Below are positions 1 through 6,721 of a stretch of DNA of 15,120 nt, in pieces. The notes under the pieces were generated by a model. That model did not search any database, was not told the origin of the DNA, and saw nothing but the letters and a program-made list of their open reading frames with translations. This DNA is from Candidatus Rokuibacteriota bacterium (GTDB lineage: Bacteria > Methylomirabilota > Methylomirabilia > Rokubacteriales > DASRDR01): the NCBI GenBank assembly GCA_044866005.1, contig JBIOTN010000155.1, positions 1-15,120 on the forward strand. The letters are read 5' to 3'. The translations under genes and the position numbers were made by a program. Numbering within the stretch: the first letter of the stretch is position 1; every line of letters begins with the position of its first letter.

Positions 1-24
1 GGGGCCGTCGAGGCCCCCTCCGAA
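1..24 (-). repeat. Truncated copy of an intergenic REP-like hairpin repeat (family A), running off the window edge
   Basis: The reverse complement TTCGGAGGGGGCCTCGACGGCCCC resembles the G5..C5 hairpins at 1181-1209 and 3687-3710. It lies just downstream of the ADH stop codon. Confidence 0.55.
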
Positions 25-28
25 ATGA

Positions 29-1159
29 CTACTGGCTCCACGGAGCGATGGCGGCGCGGCTGATCTTGTGCGGGTCGCGCTGGCGCCCGAGCCACTCGGC
101 CTCCCGGAAGGCCTCGCCGATCCGCTCGAGCGGGTAGACGTGCGAGATGATCTCGGTGAACGGGTACTTGTCGAGGTTCTGCTCGAGGAAGATCAGCGCC
201 CGCTGGATCGCCGAGGGCTCGTACTGGATCACGCCGACGATCGACTTGGACCCCCAGACGAGCTGCGCCGGGTGGAGCTCGACCGAGAGCGGCGGGCTGA
301 TCGTCCCGACCTCGAGGTAGACGCCGCCGCTCTTGAGCATCTGGAGCCCCTCCGGGATCACCTTGGGGAAGCCGACGAAGTCGCAGACGACGTCGGCGCC
401 CCAGCCGCGGGTCAGCTCCTTCACCGCCGCGACGCGCTCCTCGGGCCGGGGCAGCTCCTGGATGTTCAGCGTGTGGTCGGCGCCGAACCGCCGGGCCAGC
501 TCGAGCCGCTCCGGGATCTGATCGATGACGATCACCTGCGCCGCGCCCATCTCCTTGGCGACCGCGCTCGCATTCAGGCCGAGGCCCCCGGCGCCCTGCA
601 TGACCACGGTGTCTCCGACGCGGACGCGGACCTTGTCGAGCCCGTAGAGGACCTGGGCGAGCGCGCAGTTGACGGGCGTCGCCACGTCGTCCGAGAGGGC
701 CGCCGGCACCTTGTAGACGAAGTGGCCGGGACGCAGGTAGTAGTAGTCGCCGTAGGACCCGACGAAGTGCGGTGGGTCGTCCGCATAGCGGGTCCCCCGT
801 CGCTTGTGGGGACAGGCGGCGCGCACGCCGTCCAGGCACGCCGGGCAGCGGCCGCAGGGATAGAAATAGCAGTACGTGACGCGGTCGCCCTCCCGCAGCG
901 GCTGGCCGGTCGAGTCCGTCCTGACGTTCGTCCCGAGTCGCTCGATCACGCCGCACATCTCGTGGCCGAAGGTCTGGCCGCGATCGGGCGCGCCGATCAC
1001 GTCCTGCAGCTCGCCCCGCCAGATGTGGAGGTCCGAGCCGCAGATCCCGCCCCGCGTGATGCGGACGAGCGCGGCGTCGGGCTCGATCTCGGGGACCGGG
1101 TACTCGCGGATCTCGAAGTCGGCGTTGTACTTCGTGATGACGGCGACGCGGCCCTTCAT
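29..1159 (-). CDS. Zinc-binding medium-chain alcohol dehydrogenase (MDR family), 376 aa
   Basis: C-terminal part of ORF 29..2608, from MKGRVAVITK. Motifs: GICGSDLH, FGHE, structural-Zn CGRCPACxxxxxxxC, PVNCAL, and Rossmann GAGGLG. AGAGGAG RBS upstream of the ATG at 1159. Confidence 0.93.
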   Translation of the reverse strand: MKGRVAVITKYNADFEIREYPVPEIEPDAALVRITRGGICGSDLHIWRGELQDVIGAPDRGQTFGHEMCGVIERLGTNVRTDSTGQPLREGDRVTYCYFYPCGRCPACLDGVRAACPHKRRGTRYADDPPHFVGSYGDYYYLRPGHFVYKVPAALSDDVATPVNCALAQVLYGLDKVRVRVGDTVVMQGAGGLGLNASAVAKEMGAAQVIVIDQIPERLELARRFGADHTLNIQELPRPEERVAAVKELTRGWGADVVCDFVGFPKVIPEGLQMLKSGGVYLEVGTISPPLSVELHPAQLVWGSKSIVGVIQYEPSAIQRALIFLEQNLDKYPFTEIISHVYPLERIGEAFREAEWLGRQRDPHKISRAAIAPWSQ

Positions 1160-1180
1160 GCGAGGCTCTCCTCTAGCGTC

Positions 1181-1260
1181 TTCGGGGGGGTCTCGGAAGC
1201 CCCCGCCGATGCCCCTCCTTCGTTGCGGCGGCGGAAGCCGCCGCGCGGCGTGGAGCCGCG
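1181..1260 (+). repeat. Intergenic REP-like double-hairpin repeat (family A)
   Basis: Imperfect TCGG-G5...C4-CCGA hairpin (1182-1209), a C-rich spacer, then a perfect 8-bp stem GCGGCGGC-GGAA-GCCGCCGC (1225-1244). Same architecture as 3687-3760. Confidence 0.6.
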
Positions 1261-1365
1261 TGCAGGCGGCGGCGCGACGTCCCGGCGCGCGGAGCGCTTC
1301 GTTGCGGGACGCGCGGCTTTTCTTCCCCTCAGCGTGCGTTGGCAGCATCCTGCTGGAGCGACCGG

Positions 1366-2541
1366 TCAGCGAGGGCCGGCGCTCTCCAGCAGGTACTCCT
1401 CGGCGGCGGCCAGGCCGGCCCCGAGCGCCACGGGCACCCCGAACGTCCGGAGGGTCATCTCGATGCCGGCGAGCCCGCCGAGGAGCTCCAGCTCGTTGAG
1501 GCTGCCCAGGTGGCCGATCCGGAAGACCTTGCCCTTGACGTCGCCCAGCCCCACGCCGAGCGAGAGGTCGAGCATCCGGTTCGCGTGGGCGATGTAGGCG
1601 TCCGAGTCCTGTCCCGGCGGCATGACGACGGCCGTCAGGGTGCTGGAGTACTCGGCCGGATCCCGGCACAGGATGTCGAGGCCCATGCCGCTCACGGCCC
1701 GCCGGCACGCCTCGGCGAGCCGGGCGTGGCGGCGGAAGACCTGCGGCAGGCCCTCCTCGCGCAGCATGGCGAGGGACTCGCGCAGGCCGAAGAGAAGCGA
1801 CGTGGCCGGCGTGTAGGGGTACTCGCCCCGCTGGTTCCGCTCCAGCACCGGGCGCCAGTCCCAGTAGGCGCGGGGGCACTTGGCCGCCTGGCCGGCACGC
1901 AGCGCCTTCTCGCTGGCGGCGAGGATGGTGAGCCCGGGCGGCAGCATGAGCCCCTTCTGGGGACCCGTGAGCGCGACGTCCACGCCCCACTCGTCGAAGC
2001 GGAAGTCGATCGACGCGAGCGAGGAGACCACGTCCACCAGGAGCAGCGCCGGGTGGCGGGCCTCGTCGAGCGCCTGCCGGACCCGGTCGACGCGACTGGT
2101 GACCCCGGTGGAGGTCTCGTTGTGGACGACGAGCAGTGCGCGGTACTGGTGTGTCGCGTCCGCCCGCAGCCGCTCGGCCACGCGGTCCGCCGGCACGCCG
2201 TCGCCGTAGGGCACCTCCAGCCGATCCACCTCGATCCCGTGGGCGGCCGCCGTCCGGCAGAAGTGGTTGGAGAAGTGCCCGTTGACACAGCCGAGGACGC
2301 GGTCGCCCGGCGAGAGCGTGTTGACGAGCGTGGCCTCCCAGCCGCCGGTCCCGGAGCCGGGGTAGAGGAGGACGTGGCCGCGCTCGGTCTGGAAGACGGC
2401 CCGCAGGCCTTCCAGCACGTCGGCCACCAGGGCGGCGAACTTCGGTCCCCGGTGGTCGATGATCGACTGGGACATGGCCCGCACGATGCGCTCCGGGACG
2501 AGCGTGGGACCGGGGATCTGGAGGAACGGGCGGCCTGGCAT
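1366..2541 (-). CDS. PLP-dependent class V aminotransferase (serine-glyoxylate / alanine-glyoxylate aminotransferase family), 391 aa
   Basis: From MPGRPFLQIPGPT. Motifs: DHRG, GSGTGGWE, VHNETSTGV, VDVVSS, PLP lysine in GPQKGLMLPPG, YPYTP, FRIGHLG. AAAGGAG RBS before the ATG at 2541. Confidence 0.93.
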   Translation of the reverse strand: MPGRPFLQIPGPTLVPERIVRAMSQSIIDHRGPKFAALVADVLEGLRAVFQTERGHVLLYPGSGTGGWEATLVNTLSPGDRVLGCVNGHFSNHFCRTAAAHGIEVDRLEVPYGDGVPADRVAERLRADATHQYRALLVVHNETSTGVTSRVDRVRQALDEARHPALLLVDVVSSLASIDFRFDEWGVDVALTGPQKGLMLPPGLTILAASEKALRAGQAAKCPRAYWDWRPVLERNQRGEYPYTPATSLLFGLRESLAMLREEGLPQVFRRHARLAEACRRAVSGMGLDILCRDPAEYSSTLTAVVMPPGQDSDAYIAHANRMLDLSLGVGLGDVKGKVFRIGHLGSLNELELLGGLAGIEMTLRTFGVPVALGAGLAAAEEYLLESAGPR

Positions 2542-2606
2542 GCGCGGCTCCTTTGGGATCGCGTCGCGGCTTGCCGGCCGGGCACCGGGGCCGAGCCGGA
2601 CGTCCC

Positions 2607-2615
2607 ATCCTAGCA
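2607..2615 (-). promoter_or_regulatory. Putative extended -10 promoter element for the aminotransferase/ADH pair
   Basis: Minus strand reads TG-C-TAGGAT about 65 nt upstream of the ATG at 2541. Confidence 0.4.
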
Positions 2616-2660
2616 TGGGACGAGACCGCCCGAGCCGGCGCGCGCGCGCCGGCCGGATCG

Positions 2661-3320
2661 TCAGCAGGCGGCTCCCTCCGCGCCGTCGGCGGCGTCGTCC
2701 ACCGAAAGGCGGGGCGCGGGCAGCTCGGCCTGGCCGTCGAAGAGCCGCACGTCGGACCGGGCGAGGAAGCTGGCCGGCGCCACCGTGTCGTGCGCGAAAT
2801 TGGCGGCGAGGAGCTTGCCGGCGAAGATCGCGAGCGACTCGCCGACGGGGTGCCCCTCTCGCGCCGCCGGCCCGAGCCAGGTGAGGATCACCCCGTAGCC
2901 GCCGACGCCGGCGTCCGCGAACACGGCGGACCGCGCGACGAGCCGGGCGATGAGCGGCCGCGCGTACCGGCGGAAGGCCTCGCTCGCGCGGCCCGGCAGA
3001 TCGAGGCCCCGTGGCGCCTCGGCGCCCGCGAGCGACACCCAGAGCGTCAGGTACGGCGCGCTCGCCGCTTGCCCGCGCGGCTGGCGGAAGGCGATCCCGT
3101 GTCGCCGGACGTCGAGCGCGCCCTCGCAGCCGCGAAGGTCGGCGGAGAGCGTCCGGAGGTCGGGCAGGTGACGCTCGGCGAGGCGGCGGGCATCGGGCGA
3201 GGGGTGAGCCTCGACGGGCAGGATCGCCTCGTCGACGGTCAGCGCGGCGCCGCGGCCGCCGGCCGCGAGCGTGACTGCCAGGGCGAGCGTCGCGAGGACG
3301 CCGCGCCGCCGCCGACGCAT
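2661..3320 (-). CDS. Hypothetical exported protein, 219 aa
   Basis: N-terminal RRRRR followed by the hydrophobic GVLATLALAVTLAA and GAA, like a signal peptide. Protein-like composition; fills the intergenic space 27 nt downstream of the lipoprotein gene. Confidence 0.7.
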   Translation of the reverse strand: MRRRRRGVLATLALAVTLAAGGRGAALTVDEAILPVEAHPSPDARRLAERHLPDLRTLSADLRGCEGALDVRRHGIAFRQPRGQAASAPYLTLWVSLAGAEAPRGLDLPGRASEAFRRYARPLIARLVARSAVFADAGVGGYGVILTWLGPAAREGHPVGESLAIFAGKLLAANFAHDTVAPASFLARSDVRLFDGQAELPAPRLSVDDAADGAEGAAC

Positions 3321-3347
3321 GGCGAGAGGGCAGACCGGGGCCGTGGC

Positions 3348-3608
3348 TCAGCCGGCGAAGAGCTGGTCGGGACGCACGACGACCGGGTCGCCCCACCAGG
3401 ACTGCGTCGCGGCCTTTTGGATGTCCTCGCGCTCCACCCGCGCGGTTCCGTTGGCGCGCTGGTTGCGGAGCGAGAAGCGCAGGTGGTCACCCGACGCGAA
3501 GTGGCTCGAGTGTCGCCGCCACTCGGACCACTGCTCCGCGGTCGCGCAACCGCTGGCAACCGCGGCGAGGCCGAACAGGAGGACGAGGATGGGGACGCGT
3601 AGGCGCAT
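3348..3608 (-). CDS. Small hypothetical lipoprotein, 86 aa
   Basis: MRLR + hydrophobic core + lipobox ASG-C. GGAGG RBS upstream; TAGACT -10-like hexamer at 3673-3678. Confidence 0.8.
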   Translation of the reverse strand: MRLRVPILVLLFGLAAVASGCATAEQWSEWRRHSSHFASGDHLRFSLRNQRANGTARVEREDIQKAATQSWWGDPVVVRPDQLFAG

Positions 3609-3686
3609 GGGCCGTCACCTCCGAAGGTGGCCCCTCGCGCCCGGCGCGAGCCCTCCACCGGGGCCTGATTCCAGTCTATCTCATGT

Positions 3687-3760
3687 GAGGGGGCCCGGGC
3701 GGCCCCCTCCCAAACTCCCCCCAAGAGACGGCGGCGGCAAAGCCGCCGTTCGGAGCGGAA
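3687..3760 (+). repeat. Intergenic REP-like double-hairpin repeat (family A)
   Basis: GAGGGGGCC-CGGGC-GGCCCCCTC perfect 9-bp hairpin (3687-3709), a C-rich spacer, an ACGGCGGC..CAAA-GCCGCCGT hairpin (3728-3749), then CGGAGCGGAAC. Parallels 1181-1260. Confidence 0.6.
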
Positions 3761-3865
3761 CAGCAGCCACGCGGCGCTTCGGCGTACGGCGTGCGCGGTG
3801 GGTGCCGGTCCCGCCGGCGTCCCCAGGCTCGTCCTGGCCCGCCGCCGGAGCCGCGAAAAAGGGGC

Positions 3866-3909
3866 TTGACAGTGTTTTCACAATTCGATATATGTGGAAC
3901 CGTGAAAAC
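3866..3909 (+). promoter_or_regulatory. ars promoter with overlapping ArsR operator palindrome
   Basis: TTGACA at 3866-3871 and an AT-rich -10-like TATATG 17 nt later. A 36-bp imperfect palindrome GTTTTCAC-aa-TTCGATAT|ATGTGGAA-cc-GTGAAAAC (3874-3909) covers the -10 region and the start codon. Confidence 0.8.
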
Positions 3910-4210
3910 GCGGCGGCTCCTCCTCCAGGCCCGGCTCGAGGCCGACACGCGTCACGTCGAGGCCTTCCGCGCCCTCGCCCACCTGACCCGCCTCCAGGTC
4001 TTCTTCTTCCTGGTCCGGGCGGGACGCGAGGTCTCGGTCGGCGAGATCCAGGAGGCGCTGGAGGTGCCGGGCCCCACGCTGTCCCACCACCTCGCGCGGC
4101 TCCGTCGCGCCGGGCTCGTCGACTGTCGCCGGGAGGAGCGCTACATCTACTGCCGGGTGAACCGCGAGACGGTCACGGCGCTGGTGCGGCTCCTGACCGC
4201 GTGCTGCTGA
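3902..4210 (+). CDS. arsR: ArsR/SmtB family transcriptional repressor with C-terminal Cys-Cys, 102 aa
   Basis: FRALAHLTRLQVF...SVGEIQEALEVPGPTLSHHLARLRRAGLV..REERYIYC winged helix, ending LLTACC. The GTG start at 3902 is inferred from the promoter position; the ORF track starts at 3791. Confidence 0.9.
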   Translation: MKTRRLLLQARLEADTRHVEAFRALAHLTRLQVFFFLVRAGREVSVGEIQEALEVPGPTLSHHLARLRRAGLVDCRREERYIYCRVNRETVTALVRLLTACC

Positions 4211-4279
4211 GAGCCCGGTGCTCGGGCCTCGGCCCGGTGCGGTTGGCCATGACCGGCTTGCTTTCAGGAGGGTAGCCCG

Positions 4280-5227
4280 ATGAGTGCGAAGGTCCACGTC
4301 CACCTGCACGTCTCCGACCTGTCGAAGAGCCGGGCCTTCTACGAGAAGTTCTTCGGCGTCAGCCCCGTCAAGGTCAAGCCCGGCTACGTCAAGTTCCTGC
4401 CGCCGCTCGGCCCGGTGAACCTCGCGCTGTCCGACGGCGGCCCGGGCGGGGGGACCGGGACGCCCGTCGATCACCTGGGGATCCAGGTCGAGTCGCCCGA
4501 GGCCGTTCGCGCGGCGCTCGCTCGCGCCCGGGCGGCCGGGGTCCCGACGCGGGAGGAGATGGGCGTCGACTGCTGCCACGCCAACCAGGACAAGTTCTGG
4601 GTCCAGGACCCCGACGGGGTCGAGTGGGAGGTCTATCACCTGAACTACGACCTCGGCGAGGAGGCGGTGGCCGTCCCGGACGCGGGTCCGGCGAGGCTGC
4701 CGCTCGCGACGGGCGCCGCCTGCTGCGGCGGCGCGGCGAGCGGGGCCGACACCGGGGCTCACGCGGCGGCGCGGCCGGTCGCCACGGCCCCGGCCGGGGT
4801 GGCGATCGAGCCCGCGCGCCCGGAGGACCTGCCGGCGGTGCTCGCGCTCCTGACCGAGGCGGCCCTGCCACGCGAGGGCGTCGGCGGTGAGCTCGCCGAC
4901 TTCGTCGTGGCGCGCCTCGGCGGCCGCGTCGTGGGCGTGGTCGGGATGGAGCGCTACGGTCGGAGCGCCCTCTTCCGCTCGCTCGTCGTCGCGCATGGTC
5001 AGCGACGCCAGGGTCTCGGCCGCGCGCTCACCGAGCGGCTGCTCGAGGCGGCCCGCGCCCGGGGCGTGACGCGGGTGTTCGTCCTGACGGAAACGGCCGC
5101 CCCGTTCGCCGCGGCGCTCGGGTTCTCGCGGATCGCCCGCGACGAGGCCGACCCGGCCGTGCGCGAGTCGGCCGAGTTCCGGGCGCTCTGCCCCCAGTCC
5201 GCCGCGTGCATGCGCCTCGACCTCTGA
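4280..5227 (+). CDS. Fusion protein: ArsI/CadI-family VOC metalloenzyme (C-As lyase-like) + ArsN2-like GNAT acetyltransferase, 315 aa
   Basis: N-domain: H6, H65 (DHLGIQV) and E117 (DPDGVEWEVY) metal triad, vicinal C98-C99, and QDKFWV. Linker with a second CC (148-149). C-domain: GNAT motif A RRQGLGRAL, VLTETAAPF, and the ArsN2-like SAEFRALCPQSAACM. AGGAGG RBS. Confidence 0.88.
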   Translation: MSAKVHVHLHVSDLSKSRAFYEKFFGVSPVKVKPGYVKFLPPLGPVNLALSDGGPGGGTGTPVDHLGIQVESPEAVRAALARARAAGVPTREEMGVDCCHANQDKFWVQDPDGVEWEVYHLNYDLGEEAVAVPDAGPARLPLATGAACCGGAASGADTGAHAAARPVATAPAGVAIEPARPEDLPAVLALLTEAALPREGVGGELADFVVARLGGRVVGVVGMERYGRSALFRSLVVAHGQRRQGLGRALTERLLEAARARGVTRVFVLTETAAPFAAALGFSRIARDEADPAVRESAEFRALCPQSAACMRLDL

Positions 5228-5233
5228 GCGCGA

Positions 5234-5262
5234 TTGACAGCCCCGTGAGGCTCTGCTAGCGT
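5234..5262 (+). promoter_or_regulatory. Near-consensus sigma70 promoter upstream of the HTH gene
   Basis: TTGACA (5234-5239), 17-nt spacer, TAGCGT (5257-5262), with an extended TG at 5254-5255. Confidence 0.7.
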
Positions 5263-5397
5263 TTCGTTTCAGGTCCACGGTCGCCACTCGCCTCGCCTGT
5301 ACCTCCGGGTCCGGTCCGTCGGTGTCCCCGCGCCTCGCGACCGTTTCCGGACGTCTCTCACGACCGGGGAAGACGGCTCGACGAAGAGGAGAGCATC

Positions 5398-5922
5398 GTG
5401 GCGAAGATCGAGGCAGCGATCAAGGAGGCGATCCTCCGTGGCGCCCGGAAGCAGGTGCGCCTCGAGGTCACGCGGCTCCGCCGGGAGGTGCGGCGCCTCC
5501 GCCGGGCCCTGGGCGGGCTCCGGCGCGAGATGGCGGGGCTCCGGGAGGTCGGGGCCCAGTGGCAGCGCGTGGCTCAGGCGGGCCCGTGGACCCCGCAGGT
5601 CTCCGACGCGGAGCTCCGGGCGGCGCGGCTGTCGCCGCGGCTGATTCAGAAGCTCCGCGCCCGGCTCGGCGTGAGCCAGGCCGCGCTCTCGCGACTGGTC
5701 GGCGTCTCGACCGGCGCCGTCGTGACGTGGGAGCGGGGACGGGCCTCTCCCTCGGAGCAGAATCGCCGGGGGCTGGTCGGCCTCAGGAAGCTCGGCCGCC
5801 GGGACGTCAAGCGGCTGCTCGCCACCCTGCGCAAGACCTCCACCGACGGCCAGCCGCGCCGAGCTTCCTCGCGCCGCGCTCCGTCGCGCCGCCGCCGGCG
5901 TGCCGCCCGCCGGCGGCGCTGA
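5398..5922 (+). CDS. XRE/Cro-type helix-turn-helix DNA-binding protein with N-terminal coiled coil and Arg-rich tail, 174 aa
   Basis: IQKLRARLGVSQAALSRLVGVSTGAVVTWERGRASPS is a typical HTH_XRE. AGAGGAG RBS before the GTG. Confidence 0.85.
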   Translation: MAKIEAAIKEAILRGARKQVRLEVTRLRREVRRLRRALGGLRREMAGLREVGAQWQRVAQAGPWTPQVSDAELRAARLSPRLIQKLRARLGVSQAALSRLVGVSTGAVVTWERGRASPSEQNRRGLVGLRKLGRRDVKRLLATLRKTSTDGQPRRASSRRAPSRRRRRAARRRR

Positions 5923-5968
5923 CCGGGTGCCGACGCCTCCTGGCGCGACGCGGTGACGGGCCCTCGCC

Positions 5969-6502
5969 TCAGCCGCGCCCGGCCGTGATGATCCCGCAGG
6001 CGACCCGGTCGCCCGAGTTGCCGGTCGGGTCCGTCTTCTGGTCGTCCTCCTTCGCGTGGATCACGAGGGCGCTCCCGTCGCCGTCGAACAGCGACGTCAG
6101 ACCGTCGCGGACGGTGACCCGGTCGGTCGTCGCCTCGTAGCGGGCGTTGCCGCTCGCGTCGGCCTCGAGGTTCGGCAGGTCGCCGGCGTGCGCGCCGTCC
6201 GGCGTCTCGAGCCCGTGCTTCCGGCCCAGGGGGTTGTAGTGACCGCCCGCGCTCGTGAAGGCCGGCGGGTCGCAGCGGCCGACCGCGTGGATGTGGATGC
6301 CGTGCTTGCCCGGGGTGAGACCCCTGGCCTGGACGACCAGCCGCACGCGGCCGTCCTGATCGGTGAAGGTTGCGGTGCCGACCGACTGGCCGCGCGCGTC
6401 GCGGAGGTCGGCGGTCGCCTGGCCCGCCCCGCCGGCCTGGCCGCCCATCATCGCGCAGCCCGCGAGCGCGAGACCGGTGACGAGCGTGAGGATCGTCTTC
6501 AT
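5969..6502 (-). CDS. sodC: Cu/Zn superoxide dismutase, lipoprotein, 177 aa
   Basis: Lipobox LAG-C. Motifs: HGIHIH, GGHYNP, KHG..HAGDLPNL, VIHA, GNSGDRVACG. GAGGAGG RBS. Confidence 0.95.
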   Translation of the reverse strand: MKTILTLVTGLALAGCAMMGGQAGGAGQATADLRDARGQSVGTATFTDQDGRVRLVVQARGLTPGKHGIHIHAVGRCDPPAFTSAGGHYNPLGRKHGLETPDGAHAGDLPNLEADASGNARYEATTDRVTVRDGLTSLFDGDGSALVIHAKEDDQKTDPTGNSGDRVACGIITAGRG

Positions 6503-6644
6503 CGGAGCCTCCTCGGTGTCGTCGCGTGATGGTGGTGGCCGAGCGGGGTGGCCCCGCCCGGCCCGGGATGGGCCGTCGAGCCGGCTCCATCATAGCCGAA
6601 GGCGGGCCGGCGCGGCCAGCGGTCGCGCCGCCAGGACCGCGCGG

Positions 6645-6673
6645 TTGAAGGCCGGCGCGATTCGCCCTATCAT
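6645..6673 (+). promoter_or_regulatory. Putative sigma70 promoter of qor
   Basis: TTGAAG (6645-6650), 17 nt, TATCAT (6668-6673). A divergent TATGAT for sodC lies on the minus strand at 6589-6594. Confidence 0.55.
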
Positions 6674-6721
6674 CGTGTCGACGTCGCTGCCCGTGATTTC
6701 CAAACAGGAGGACGATGAGCC

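Noticed and set aside
68..1597. Long antisense or alternate-frame ORFs (68..1597, 1339..2613, 3878..5287, 6715..8253, 8269..10047, 11179..12411, 12524..13588 and others)
   Set aside because: Shadow ORFs overlapping well-supported genes, with no recognisable motifs.
29..2608. 859-aa ORF, and similarly long versions 1366..3396, 9096..11366 and 12497..14944, as fusion proteins
   Set aside because: The N-terminal extensions are Arg/Pro/Gly-rich off-frame read-through of upstream genes caused by stop-codon scarcity at high GC. Real starts with an RBS or stop-start overlap are at 1159, 2541, 10091 and 13465.
4202..4252. arsR ends TGC-TGC-TGA followed by GC hairpins: possible selenocysteine read-through adding a further Cys
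   Set aside because: One hairpin loop is too close to the UGA and the alternative lacks the typical G/GU apical loop of bacterial SECIS elements. Terminal CC-stop is a normal ArsR ending.
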